NCBI GenBank assembly: GCA_964016885.1
Contig: OZ024750.1
Coordinates: forward strand, 2,604,001-2,668,000
DNA length: 64,000 nucleotides
Direction of reading: 5' to 3'
Source of the DNA: Eledone cirrhosa
Lineage: Eukaryota
Made by a program: the position numbers and the translations under genes. The notes beneath the pieces are model-generated. The model did no database searches. It was not told where the DNA came from and saw only the letters and a program-made list of their open reading frames with translations. This document shows, one piece after another, positions 24,862 to 38,120 of this stretch (position 1 is the first letter of the stretch; the number at the start of each line of letters is the position of its first letter).

Positions 24862-25212
24862 TGCAAGAGTCTTTGGAGTAACGCTACTTGATAAAGTGCA
24901 TAGCTTGGAGATGAGAGAGTCACTCCAGGTAGATCTGCTACTTCTCTGGATTGAGAGATCACAGCTCTGATACTATGGACATGTGGCTAGAATGTCTCAG
25001 GACAGATTTTATGAGCAAAAGCCAACTGGCAGGATACCAAGTGGTAGACCCTGAGCAAGATGGTTGGATAACATCCATGAGCTTGGCTGGTCACACTTGT
25101 GGATTAAGCTGGATCAGTTGGAGACGGTTCCTTCTGATAGGACCTGCTGCAAGGAGTGTTTGAGGACTCTGTCCCCTCAACTCTCTCGAAAATAAGTGGG
25201 CAAAGAAGAATA
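24862..25212 (+). mobile_element. RTE (Expander/Rex3-like) LINE 3' end
   Basis: Reads RVFGVTLLDKVHSLEMRESLQVDLLLLWIERSQL*YYGHVARM...KPTGRIPSGRP*ARWLDNI. Confidence 0.8.
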
Positions 25213-25849
25213 ACAGTAACTCTAAATAATAGTTCCATTGACAAAACCCATGAATAATAACAATAAAAAAATAACATTCTTTGTAATATTGGCACACACA
25301 TAAGTAGATACAGTTGACTAAATCGACCGAGTATATATACTCGCGTATAAGTCGCATCGCTATTTAAGAATCATTTACAATGTACCAGTAAATAAGTCAC
25401 ATGCTGGGGTGTTTTTTTTTGGGGGGGGGGGGGGATTTGCGACTTATACCAGAGTACTTATTCTATCTATTTTGGATGAGCAAATTGAAGATGGGTGAGA
25501 TTTGAATGAAAATATTGTTAGGTATTTAATCGTATGTCGTATTAAAAAGTTATAGAATTACAAAAAAAAAATTGCGCTTTATTAGGTTTAAAATAAACTA
25601 TTACAGATATTAAAAAAATAAATAAAAAGCGACTGGATTTTCAAGCGAATATTTATAATCGATTGAACAGATCTAGCTAAATTATTACTTAGACATACTT
25701 TCTTAGACAGAAATATTATAAATTGTCTATGTAAGAATGTAAACCCAGAATAGCTTAACACACTAGTTCTATATCTCTGCTCTCAAACTTAAATTATTAT
25801 CATTTCCGATATTGACATAATAACAATACTCCGTTATTTCTTCATAATA

Positions 25850-26090
25850 ATAATCAGTGTTGTAAACCGACAAATGGCTTCGCCAAGAACAACAGAAATT
25901 ACGAAAATTCTGTCTCTTGGAAGAGCCACATCAATCTCCATGACAACTGTGACGTAATAATCTAATTGAAAGACTTCGCGATGACGTATGTGGCTAGACA
26001 CCGTTAGTCACAATTGCCTTGTTTACGCTACTTTCATTTTCAATTACTCGGGTTTTTGCCAAGCGAAACAAGGTAGATAACTCGATAAAT
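25850..26090 (-). promoter_or_regulatory. CpG-retaining promoter-like region with RFX X-box-like, CRE-like and GGTAGATAACTC motifs
   Basis: ATCTCCATGACAAC (~25934-25947), TGACGTAA (~25950), TGACGTA (~25982) and AGGTAGATAACTC (26071-26083). The last motif also occurs in the same orientation just upstream of DNTTIP2. Confidence 0.5.
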
Positions 26091-26870
26091 TAGTATTTGA
26101 CGCTTAACTCCCTTATAAATTTGATGTAAACCACGCATCCCCAAAACCATCAAACAAAAAAGTGAAAAACACTACTTGGTATACATGGAATACGGTATTC
26201 AGTAAATGAAAGCATCAAGAAGAGAACTACATACAATAATGAAAATATATATATTTTTTTTTTTTAAATTTAATTTTTTTTCAATTCTATAAAATAATTA
26301 ATTTATATCATAGAAAATATATTTCTGCAAAATTTCCTTAAAAGTTTCATTGCCATTAAATGACAGCGAGTACAAGACTTCCCCCTGAACAGGACACCCA
26401 TCCATCATAGGGTTGACCCCCAGATCCTGCTGCTGGTACTCATTTTCAGCTGAGTGAACTGGAGCTACAAGAAATGAAATGTCTTGATCAAGAACACAAG
26501 ATAGAAATCAATCTCACAATACAATATGATCTAACCATTAGGCCCTTGGCACCCAAACCGTGCGCCACAGATGTAACTAGATGTGCCACAAAAGACTAAG
26601 ATTAAGTTTTAAGATGTGAAAAATACAAACTGAAATTCATATGAAAGTCAACGAGGCAAACAAGTAAAGTTTAGTAACAAGATTTGTAAAATATGGGCCT
26701 AGAACCATTTAACTCTGTTATGTTAATATGTACGAAAAACTCTTTTGAATAAATTTTCGACTTTATGGTACAAAGTGTGCCTTGAGGAAACCACTGAACT
26801 AGTTCTTGCACTTTCACTAACGAAGTGAAAATAAAAAAACAAATAAAATTACATTTTATCAAATATAAAT

Positions 26871-29800
26871 TTATTTCAAAACTATTTTATTTTTATTCTT
26901 GCTTTTATTTTTCTTTCCGCCTTTTCCTTTTTGAGCTATCTCACCATATTTTTTCTTGATATATCTGAAAAGAAAAGAAAATAATTTGATAATCACATTA
27001 TTAGACAATCTTGTAAATACATATGAATGAAAATATTTTGTATCACCATTGGTGTTATGAAGAGCATCCAACTGTAGAAAACAGACCAGAAACAGTTGTG
27101 TGAGCAAGACACGTTCATCAGATCTGACTTGTCTCATAATGTGATAACCTGTCTAACCCATGCTAACTTGGGAAAATGGACCTTAAACGGTGATGGTGAT
27201 GATGAAAATAGAATTTCAGAAGTAATAGTCATCACCAAAAGGTAACTTGTTTTCTTTTACTTTAAATGAAATATAATTAGAATACCAAATAAAGAATTAA
27301 TGTAAAAAGTCAACCTACTGTTTCATTTCTGCATCAGCCATCATCTCTTCAACCATGTTTGCCTTTCGTTGTTTCTTTGGAATACGGGAATGGTAGAAAT
27401 CTGCTGCAGATTCTACAACTTCTCCCATCTAGAAAATATTTTACAATAGAACACATGAAAAATATACAGCAAAAATAAGTAAAAAAACAAAATATTTTTT
27501 TTAAATTTGTAATAATTACCATTTTCATGATAATAATTTGATGGTAATGAGAAAAAAGTTAGTCAATAATTTTGAAATAGAGACTATGATGAAATAATTG
27601 TTTCTACTTTAGGCACAAGGCCAGCAATTATCCAGTGCATTACTGGTACTTTATTTTATCGACCCCGTAAGGATGAAAGGCAAAGTCAACCATAATGTTA
27701 TTGATAAACATTAGGCAAATATATGGTGATATCATCCATCATCCTTTTACATCCGCTTTCTCCCTGCTTGCAAGGGTGGGACGGGAACTGATTCTGGCTT
27801 GATTTCTACAGCTGGATGCCCTTCCTAACACCAACCTCATTTACAGTGAGTGCTGGGTGCTTTTTTGCCGTGGCACCTCCACGACCACTTTGCAGTGGAA
27901 TGATATGGACCCCAGTCCCTATCATCTCATTTCTTCAGCTGAGTAAACTGGAGCAATGTGAAATAAAGTGTCTTGCTCAAGGACACAACACATCACCGGG
28001 TCTGAGAATTGAACTCACAACCTTTCGATTGCAAGGCCAGTGCTCGAACCACTAAGCCATGTGCCTCCATATATTTAGTATAATAGAGAGCCAAACTTAG
28101 AGAGAGGATGGAAAGGAATGGAGGGAAAGGAAGCCCAGGGAATAATATCAGGTAGTTAGAATGAAGGTATAATTAGGAAGGTGAGAAACAGAATATAAAC
28201 AGATTTACTAATGTTTTGTAAATCTTCTGCATCAATTCAAATCAAAACATATATAGAATGATAGTTGAGTACTTACACCCTCACTAACACCGAGACAAAA
28301 GCTTGGAGATATTATCACAAGAGGTTGCTGAATAAGAAGAGTGTGTAGGAGAGAGAGAAACCTTCTTAATTAGACCCATTACAGGGACCAGCTATTGAAG
28401 TTATAGCTATATGGTAGATTAGGTGAATAAAAATATGAGAAGCAATGTCTGTGACAACCCATCCAATACCTTGGGAAAAACGAATGTTAAATAATGATGA
28501 TATTGGTGATGGTGACAATGACAATACAGATACAGACCTGGAAATATTTGGGAAATCTCTTCCGATCATTACTTTTATAAAATCGTTTTGGATCTAGAGA
28601 GTTTCTCATCTGAATTAAATTTAATTCATTTTTTAGTGTTCTAGACATTTCTGGTGCTCCCATATTGAACCAATCATCTCCTGCTACTTTTCTTCTTCGT
28701 CTCTGAAAATGGAAACAACAAATTATAAACTGCAAAAATGATGAATATTTCATCTTTAACCCTTTAGCATTTACATTACTCTATATATACTGTTGTATTT
28801 TCATGGTAAACACTTTATCTCACATAATATCGAAATTATTCATTTTGAGAACACAGTATGAGAGGCTGGGAAACAGCCGGTTTGAACCGAAAGAGGTGAA
28901 AAAATTCTGCCTGAATTTGGCTGGTTTAAATGCTAAAGGGTTAAATAATTTTTTTTTTTTTTTTTAAACAGTTGCTTTTAACAGGATCTGCTGAAAGGAG
29001 TGTTTGAGGATTCTGCCCTAACAACCTTCCCAGAAATATGTGGGCAAAGAAGTAGATAATTCTAGTTAACTAAAACTGATCAATACTACAATCACTCTGA
29101 CATATTTCAAGTTATTGATTAAAAAGGTGGGAATTTTAAGTGCAACATGTGTGGAAACAAACGTGTGTGTGAGTAACAAAAACTTCAAAAAAAAAACCAT
29201 GACATTTGTCCAACACACTTATATCTATGTATATATATATATATAATATAGTTATTTTTCTGTTTGTGTTTATTTTACTGGCAGCATAGTGATAGGTTTT
29301 ATTAGTAATTATAAAATATAAAAGAAATCTGATTTACCTTCTTCAGTAGTTTTTGCTTTCTTTCACTAATAATTCGTTTTGCTGGATCAGGTGGTGGAGC
29401 TGTCACTTTGAGAATCTGAGGAAATGTTTATAGAATAAAATCATCTAAATAAAAAACACAAAGATATTACAGAACTTTCAAAACTAAATTAAAGAAGCAA
29501 TTATTTTGCTGAAAGCACCAAACAAATATAAAGCAGGACAGTGTATTTCATTATAAATATGACAATGAAAGGGTTAAATAGCAGAATTTAAAAGAATCCT
29601 TATTGATTAGTGATCATGGAAGGAAGGCAGACATTAAACAATGATGATGATAGTATCAGCAGAACAATCCCCTTACCTTATTAACATCTATAAGTTTATT
29701 TCTTTTACACAAGGCTTTTGAGGAGTCAAAGTATGAGTTAATGTTAAGATGTGGATCAATAGTACAAGCCAGTTCTATAGATGACCTAGAGGAAATAAAA

Positions 29801-31326
29801 TATCCAGATTTTAACTAAATTATTACTAAGACTTATAAACAACAAAACAACTTATTTTATTCAATGATCCACGAAGAAGATTCACAATACGAACTTATGA
29901 AAAACATTGAATATCAAGTTGCAAATAACAAGAATGCTGAGATTAGCAAATTAAAAATAATAAAATAAACAAACATGATTAAGATTTGACAATTCTTATA
30001 GAAAATATTATTTTTAACTCCATTTGGCAATTTCAAATTCTCTGTGGCAACCAAACCTGCAAGAACAATGCATTTAACTCTTCAAGTTATGTAAAGTATC
30101 TTTATTAGTGAGCAGATTGTTGTAAAAGTTTGTAGTAAACTAAAATTATAACTAATATTTAATGTGATGCAGTCATAGTACTGATTTATACTTTGCAGGA
30201 ATGTCTTGCTAATGTGGTACAGAACATCAAACAGTTAAGAGCATGGCTCACAGCTAAAGGCCCCGTCACAATATTTCTGGGTAGACTTAACCTGGTCTTT
30301 TCCTATCAGTACAAGATTCAATCAATATTCCATCTACTGTTTACACAGTAGATGGAATATTGATTGAGGCAAATGTTTGCTTCATTATACTGTTGTTGTT
30401 TGCCTGTGTCGGAAACCTATTTATTTTATCGATTCAGTGAGATAAAAGACAAAGTCAACACCGGCAAAGTTTGAATTTAAAACATGCTAATTCTTAACGA
30501 AATATTACTTCCTTTTCATTCATTTCTTGCAATATTTGTAAACATTACTGTCGTGATAATACACAGCACGATTTGCATGTTATCCTAAATACGTCGTTAA
30601 GGTATTTGTATCAGGTAAAGAATAAACATTTAAAAACATTATTACTACTACTAGACAAGTTAAATAATGACGATCAGTTTTTAGATGTGGATAATAACCA
30701 AGAATTATGGAGTGAATGAAACTTTTGTTAAGCACCGAAACGCAGTAGATGAGGTTCCCCATTATAACACTAAATAAATGAAATTGAATTATTCATTTTA
30801 AAAGTTCCTCTTCATCAATATAAATACACACAACGAAGTGTTAGAAGACGATAAACAACCTTAATTAGAGCACATCTCGTGTTAATCTATTCTTTATTTC
30901 ATCCTCTACTGAAATTAACAATATTTATACACGGGCCCCTAAGGTAGAAGATTACAGTTATTGGTTATATAGTACTTACTTATTCTTTTTGCGTTTTTCT
31001 GGTTTAGTTTTCTTGCTTTTTTCTACACATTCTTCTACAGGTATTTCCACAGGTGTCTCAGCAAGTGTTTCTGGTGTGATTTCGTCTTCTTCCACTTTGT
31101 TTAATTTATCTTTCGTCTCTCGGTGACCAAATTTCCCTAAAATCTTCTTATCTCCTGCACGATCCAAGACGAACAGCGGCATGGAACTATTCGTTTTACT
31201 GTGAGTTTCCTGTACAATTTCGATATTTTGGTTAGTGACATCGTTGGATATCTGAGTTAAATCAATTAACTTGTCTTCGTGTATAAGAGTAGAAATGTTT
31301 TCAGTTATTAATTCAGTCTGTTCCAT
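26871..31326 (-). CDS. DNTTIP2: Deoxynucleotidyltransferase terminal-interacting protein 2 / Fcf2 pre-rRNA processing factor, 300 aa, 6 coding exons
   Basis: Exons (minus): 31326-30980, 29785-29677, 29415-29338, 28702-28538, 27428-27319, 26964-26871. All introns are GT-AG and phase-consistent (903 nt). The C-terminus is a typical Fcf2 domain: AGDDWFNMGAPEMSRTLKNELNLIQMRNSLDPKRFYKSNDRKRFPKYFQMGEVVESAADFYHSRIPKKQRKANMVEEMMAD..YIKKKYGEI. Confidence 0.93.
27730..28068 (-). mobile_element. RTE-type tail plus CORE-type tRNA SINE in a DNTTIP2 intron
   Basis: Minus strand carries TGGCTTAGTGG (A box), GAGTTCAATTC (B box) and GTGTCCTTGAGCAAGACACTT (CORE-like). Confidence 0.7.
28756..28944. mobile_element. 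piggyBac-type MITE (family B)
   Basis: TTAACCCTTTAGCATTTA...TAAATGCTAAAGGGTTAA. Confidence 0.85.
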
Positions 31327-31399
31327 ATTGTTAATTATTATTTTCTTGCTTCTTTCTTTTCGTTATAAATATATAATCTATAATATTTACTAGAATGTT

Positions 31400-31500
31400 A
31401 ATACAAAATCCATGCTTTCCTGAGAAACATATGTAGTGGACTAAACGAACCTCCAAAAATGAAAACTTCAAGGGTAGATAACTCTCAATTAGTGATTTGA
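31400..31500 (-). promoter_or_regulatory. DNTTIP2 proximal promoter region
   Basis: Immediately upstream of ATG 31326 in a CpG-retaining domain (~30500-32900); AGGGTAGATAACTC at ~31470-31484. Confidence 0.5.
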
Positions 31501-34207
31501 TTTTGTATTCGTTTTATATATTTATTTATTTATTCACCAAAGAAACCAGAACGAACTAAACAGTATAGAGCGAACTTTTAAATCTTCGTATTAATAAAAG
31601 TAGATTTTATTGAAGTCATTAATTGGTTACGGTGGAGGCTACACGAAAGGTTTTGGGGGTTCATTTTAAGTGAGGAGAAAGGAAATCAATAATACAAATA
31701 AAAATCGAAGAACCGTTTATAAGCCGAGAAATATGTGACATTAAAATCGATGGTAAAAGGAATCGACTTAAATTCAAGGGCAATAGTTTGCTGATTTTCG
31801 CCAATTTCAAATTCTATGTAAATGAAGTGCTAAAATATTTTCACCTTGGCGGTGAAATTTGTTTAGTGAATATGGTCTTCAAAAGAGTCGGAAATTGATA
31901 AAAATTCATTACGTAATGGAGTTGTGAAACAAAAACTATATTCTAAACGACACTTAAAACATTTTAAATGTCAAAATATTAAAACTTCATTAATATATTT
32001 TCAACTCATGAGAATTTCAAAACCGCACCATCTAAAGATGTGTTGATTAACTGTTTCGACTTATACACGAGGTTTGGATTTTTGTCTATTCCTCAGACAT
32101 AAAATAGAGGGTCGACTTATACTCGATTATATACGGTAACTCGTGCTTATCGAATAAATGTACTGGTTATCAAGCAATAAATAATCGTGCTCTACACACC
32201 ATTTTTGTGGGTTTTTTGTAATTTGAAATTATACCCAATTATTTAATAAACAATTTTAACATCGGTGTAAAAAGTAAATAAAGTGATAGCACCACAAATT
32301 TTATCTACCCACGGATAAATAGAACCTTTGTCTAATTCCCATGACGTAGCTAACATTGAATATTTATTAAAATTGTTATACTTTGAAATAATACGGGTAA
32401 TCTTTCATTATTGATACGAGGAAAATTAAGATGAATTAACCACGACCACGACGACTATCTACCATAGCTACGACTATGGTGCGTTAATTTAGTTTCGTAT
32501 CTAAAAATGCTAAATATACTTTCACTTTGTGTTAGAAATAATTCCTAAATTACGAAACACTGTAGAAAACACACTTTAACTGTTAATAAATGAATAATTT
32601 TAACGAGTTAAGTACAGAATATACTATACAAAACATAGTTTAATCTTTATGTTATATATGTCGTATGGAGGAAATAAAATCGAAAACGGGAGTTCTTATT
32701 TATTCCCCAACAACTAATTTCCTGCAGATATGCAGCGAATAAATTATCAGAGGTTTCAAAGAAATAAAAATAATGATAAAAATAACATTTAATACAGAAT
32801 ACGAAACTATCGGTGTAGTCATGGTGAATTCACTTTCATTTTTATTTTATTTTTCGAAAAATAGCTAAATATAAATTATGAGTAACACTCAAACACGGGC
32901 GCACACACTCACATATATATATATACCATCTTGTCCATTCTTCTGGACAATATATATATATATATCATCTTCGTCATTATTTAATGTCCGTTTTTCCATG
33001 TTGGCATGGATTTGACGGATCATCTTAGACCAAGTCAGTATTTCATCGGAGCTACTATCCTCCAAAACTGGCCATGGGCCACATCTCACACTCCAGTTTG
33101 GGCAGGTTAGCTACAGCTGGCAGTCCTTCCTATCAAAGTGTAGTAGGTGTGTTTTATCGTGGTACCAGCACTGGGGAGACTATCGTGTTCTTGACAAAAC
33201 TGAAGAGTCCTCTCAGCCCTTTGTTTTGCATGTTTTCTGAATGCCCTTCCTAACGTCAACTACTTTACAGAGTCTATTGGGTGCATTTTATTGTGACAGC
33301 CGCATTAAGGAGGTTTTCTTTCATTGACTTGACTGAAGAGTGCTGTCTAGCCTATGAGGTGAAGTGGAGGATGTCTTGTGGCAAGACAGACTTATTTAGG
33401 AATAAAGAATATTGATGGAAGTGATGTATGACAAGAGTGGTGGGATTTAACAGCGTGATGTGTGGGAGAAAGAGGTGAGGGTAGTGTAGGATAGAATGGT
33501 GGGGGTATAGTGATGAGGAAAATAGTTATTAAAGAGGAATAATGGCTGTGAATGGGCCAAGGTAGATGGGGTATGAGGGTGTAGTAGAAATGGATGGGAT
33601 TACTAAGAAGATAGGATAGAGAGACATATCTAAAAAGAAAGTTTGCTTCTGTCCATGGCATTTACTTGGATTCCAAATAAATTTAATAACTTTTACCTAT
33701 ATTATTTAATAAGATTTATGCTTTTTATATTTATTTATTTATTCTTTTCTTTTTTCTTCAATTGTAAAAAACAGACACAGGCAGTAGATTGGCAGAATTG
33801 TTCTCTCTGTTCAAATCTCGCTGAGATCAACTTTCATTTTTTCGAGGTCAATAAAAAAGCTACCAGTCAAGTACTGCGATTCTTCCTCTATATATCTTTC
33901 TTCCTTCCACTCTCTAACTCATCATCATTCTCTAGAAGAAATCAGCTTTGTTCAAACATGAATATAGATTGGCTCTGCTCGGTTTAAAATGCCTAAGTAT
34001 ATACCACAGTGGCATCTCTAACATTTTACTGCTAAACTAATACTGATTTTGTATTAATTAAGCGTGTATACAGAGTACAAAACAATATCTATGACTTCAT
34101 CAGTTTGTGAGGTTATTTGATGATGTCATAAACAGGCAATTTTGACACTTTCAGTGGAATATTTATCTGCAAAAGTGGGATTTTGAATAAAATTGAATTT
34201 CGTAACA

Positions 34208-37200
34208 ATGGTCATTAAAAAAAATGAAAAACAATTTGCCAAATCATCTAAAAACCACATACCAGGGTAATATATTTATTCAATATTTTGTTTGAGTTTT
34301 AAATGAAGATATTTTTTTTTAATATTTCAAATTTATTTCTGATACATTTGACTGTTAAGATCAAATGTAGTTATCTTTATAATATAATATTTGATATTGA
34401 AGAAATTATATCATGCCTGATTACATTAGTTTCAATAAATATAGTTTCTGTATCAATAATATAGATTGTGCTATTTTTATGTGTTTTGTGTATTTTATTC
34501 TCAATTGTATAAATAACATTACAATGGCCAGCACTTAAGTGGAGCAACTGACTTCTCAGATAGGAGACGGGGGAAGCCCTCATTTCAATATCACGTACTC
34601 TATCGATTGCTTTGATGTGTTGGGGGACCAACATGTAAACTGCGCTCTACTGATTTACTGAGCATTTTATCATAGTACCAGCACTAAATTGGATCAATCA
34701 GTTATAACCTTATTCAAATTATGTAACCAATGACTCTTTTTTATTCCTCATTAATCTTAATAAAAAATTAAGTGTAAAATAAAAAAAATTAGTTCATAAC
34801 AATTCAGTCTTTTTGCATGTCCTTTCTTGTAAAAAATACGAGGATCAGCTGAAAAGTTCATAGGCTGACAAAAACATGGAATGACTGAATGAGATTTATT
34901 TTTCAACATAGTCCCTAGAAAGAAACAATGCAGTTAATAATAAGAAGAGTTAAAATAAATGCATGCAAGGTTTCACAACTCTAGCAGCACTCCTTCATAG
35001 TCAGACTAACCTTATATATTCTAAAAGATTCTAAGTTTGTTCTTCCTCATATGAACATTGATGTACTTAGTAAATTGGCAAAAGGTTTATCTACCATATA
35101 TACTTGAATATAAGCCGAAACCCCTCCCTATTTTATGTCTGAGAAATAGGTAAAATTCCAAACCTCATTTATAAGCCGAGGCAACTAATCAACATTGTTT
35201 AGATGGTGCATATAAACCAACTCCTCTCCATTTTACCATCAATATTTTGGTCACACATCGTTCAGCTTATATTCAAGAATATATGGCAATTAGAAAATAA
35301 TAACGTAGTTATGAAAAAAATCAAATCAACTTTTTAGATAAACCTTTTTTATTACACATAATTTTTTTTTTTTTTTTTTTTTACTTTGTGACTTCAGATA
35401 TACTGGGTTTTGTCCACAACTAAAGTTTTCTATTGGGAAAACTTTTGGGGATGCAACTAATAAATCATTAAGTGATGAAGCAGTTAATCCTTATCTTACA
35501 AATACAGAAAAGTGTTTGTTGAATCGGAAATATCCAGATTTTGAAGAAAGGCTTCGTATAAATAGTAAGGAGATTTTAAGCAGAAGACGAAATTCTCCAG
35601 GAAACATATTTCAAGAAAATATGGTATCTGGTTACACAGGTATATATAGGATTACTTGTTTCTCCTGGCTACATTTTTTATTCAGAGAGGAAAGGTAACC
35701 TCTCTAGTTTTAACAACACAATCAAATATATCCACTACATTCTGTAAAATGGTTGAAGATCAAATAGAGCAGAGGGGATATCATATCACCTGGTCCAAAA
35801 ATTGAACTCAACCTCATGATTATGAATCCAATTCTGTAACCACTAAGCCACATGCCTTCACAAATGTTGTTGAAAGTCAAATAGCTATCACAAAAGTCTC
35901 TGTTGTTCCATTTTAGGTTGTATTCCTTGTCTTCAAAATTATCACGGGCAGACCTTTCGAAATATTTGGCGAGATAGTTTGACAGAGTTTGAATATAACC
36001 AAGTAAAGAATAATTTAAGAAGGCAAAAATTGGGTTTTGAACCAAATTCAAAAGTTTGTGATATAAAGTGTCACTCTGGCTTTCTGGTAAATTTCATATT
36101 TCATACTTTATTTGTAAATAAACATTGGAGCATCAAATGAGTTGAAATGCTTAGAAAATGTAGAAAATTTCTGTGCCCACAGTTATTTCCTGCATTCGAG
36201 ATGTTCTACATTTTCTGAGCATTTCATACTTTATATATTTAAATTGTAGTGGTAAAGGTGTTGAACTTTGATCATGTTGTGGGTTCGATTCCTGCACTGG
36301 GTTGTCAGTTATGTTCTAACGACTCTGCCTTGTCTTTTCTGCCACAACATAAAAACACACATTCACCTTTTTATTCCTTATCCCAGGTATATCAGAATGT
36401 AGACACCAACAAATAGTAACGAAGGTTACTTTCAGACATTCACATAGCTTTTACTGTCACATATGTTCAAGGCCATTTTTAGTTAGTTACACAACTATTT
36501 TTATAATTTCATATATATATATATGTGTGTGTGAAGGCGCGTGGCTGAGTGGTTAGAGAATTGGATTATGAGATTGTGAGTTTGATTCCCGGAGCAGGCG
36601 ATGGGTTATGTCCTTGAGCAAGACACTTTATTTCACATTGCTCCTTCTGCCTGGATTTGCGACTGGTAGATAGTATTAGCAATGGGAAAGACCAATGGAA
36701 ACATTGTTTTCTCTGTCCAATTTGACAAAGTCTGGGATCTTTTCAATCAACTGTCAATATATATACGTATATTTTTTTTTTTTCCAGAAAGTACCAGAAG
36801 TTCCCAACCTAAAGATGACACCGATTGAATCGGATTTCCTTCCTTTTAGATTCAAGACTGAAACCAAACCACATGTATCAATTTTAAAGATGGATAATGT
36901 TGATCCAGATAAATATCACATACCTGGTAAATAATATTGTCAGTTGTATATTAGAGATATTTAAATATCTTTCAACTAAATAATATTGTCTATTGTATTT
37001 TAGAAATATTTACTTAAATATCTTTAAAATTCATTGACTTTTTCCTTAAAATATTTTAAAGAGAATGGAATATGGACAGTTACATTAACCCTTTACCATT
37101 TAGATTACTCTATATTTACTATTGTATTTTCACGGTAAACACTTTTTCTCACATATCGAATCTACGAGATTTTGATATTATTTATTTTGAGAACAATACC

Positions 37201-38120
37201 TTAACATAAGTATGAGCAGCCAGTTATGACCGGTTTGAACAGAAAGAGGTGAGAGAATTCTGGCCGGATATGGCTGGTTTGAATGCTAAAGGGTTAATAC
37301 TGTTCTAACAAAACTATAGAATTGGTTTACGATTCAGTAGAAGCTAAAATTGAATTAACTTGTAATTTCAGGATATACAGGTTTTGTACCTCGGTATCGA
37401 CCATTAATAGGAAGAGTATATCCAGAGCTGACACACCAAGCTTTATGCCAATTTTCAGATGAACTTTCAGATAAACCTGTAAAAACTGATGAGAAAGACA
37501 CTACAAGATCAAATATATATCCAGAAAATAGTTCGATTATACCGTCTTACACAGGACATATTCCAGGTAAAGTCTTACAGTAATCTCAACATATATTTCA
37601 CAGTTTTTATGGTCTTACCTAAACTGTTATTATTAGATTGCTGAGTCAGGGCGGTGGATTGGCAGTATCGGTAGAGGGTTGGACACCATGCTAGGGCGGT
37701 GAATTGGCAGTATCGGTAGAGGGTCGGACACCATGCTAGGGCGGTGAATTGGCAGTATCGGTAGAGGGTCGGATACCATGCTAGGGCGGTGGATTGGCAG
37801 TATCGGTAGAGCATCGGACACCATGCTTTGCAGCATAGAGTTACGCCCCTTTACGTTCTGAGTTCAAATCCTGCCGAAGTTAACTTTGCCTTTCATCCTT
37901 ATGGGGGTTAATAAAATAAAGCACCAATAACATACTGAGGTCGATTTAATTAAAAAATATAACTTCTCTGTAATCACTTTTCCTAAAATGTCTCCTTTTA
38001 CTCATCTGATATGCATCTTCTTAATTTGTAGGTATACGAGACGGTTTTGGGAAAACATTAGGCAGCAATACTTTTGATATAAGAAAGCAGTTAATTAGTG
38101 AAGGCATCATAAAATCTTGA
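34208..38120 (+). CDS. FAM166B: FAM166/CIMIP2-family ciliary microtubule inner protein (FAM166B-like), ~297 aa, 6 coding exons
   Basis: Exons: 34208-34266, 35398-35639, 35917-36086 (alternative in-phase donor at 36002), 36788-36926, 37372-37566, 38032-38120; GT-AG, 894 nt. Four PGYTG-type repeats: NHIPGYTGFCPQLKFSIGKTFG, MVSGYTGCIP, KYHIPGYTGFVPRYRPLIGRVYPELTHQAL, IIPSYTGHIPGIRDGFGKTLG. The family is clear; the A versus B paralogue assignment is less certain. Confidence 0.85.
36536..36645 (+). mobile_element. CORE-type tRNA-derived SINE fragment
   Basis: GGCGCGTGGCTGAGTGGTTAGAG...GAGTTTGATTCCC...TGTCCTTGAGCAAGACACTTTATTTCACATTGCTCC. Confidence 0.7.
37085..37297. mobile_element. piggyBac-type MITE (family B), near-complete 213-bp copy
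   Basis: TTAA-CCC...GGG-TTAA termini. Confidence 0.85.
37649..37950 (+). mobile_element. Family A SINE with a 4x tandem 45-bp head
   Basis: GGGCGGTG(G/A)ATTGGCAGTATCGGTAGAG...CCATGCT starts at 37649, 37694, 37739 and 37784; single B box at ~37860. Confidence 0.85.

Noticed and set aside
36387-36425. Extra FAM166B-like exon after a good acceptor (tcccag)
   Set aside because: It hits TAG after 9 codons in the required phase and is not needed for the model.
37649-37880. tRNA genes at A-box/B-box sites
   Set aside because: The boxes continue into SINE core and tail sequence in many dispersed copies, with no cloverleaf.
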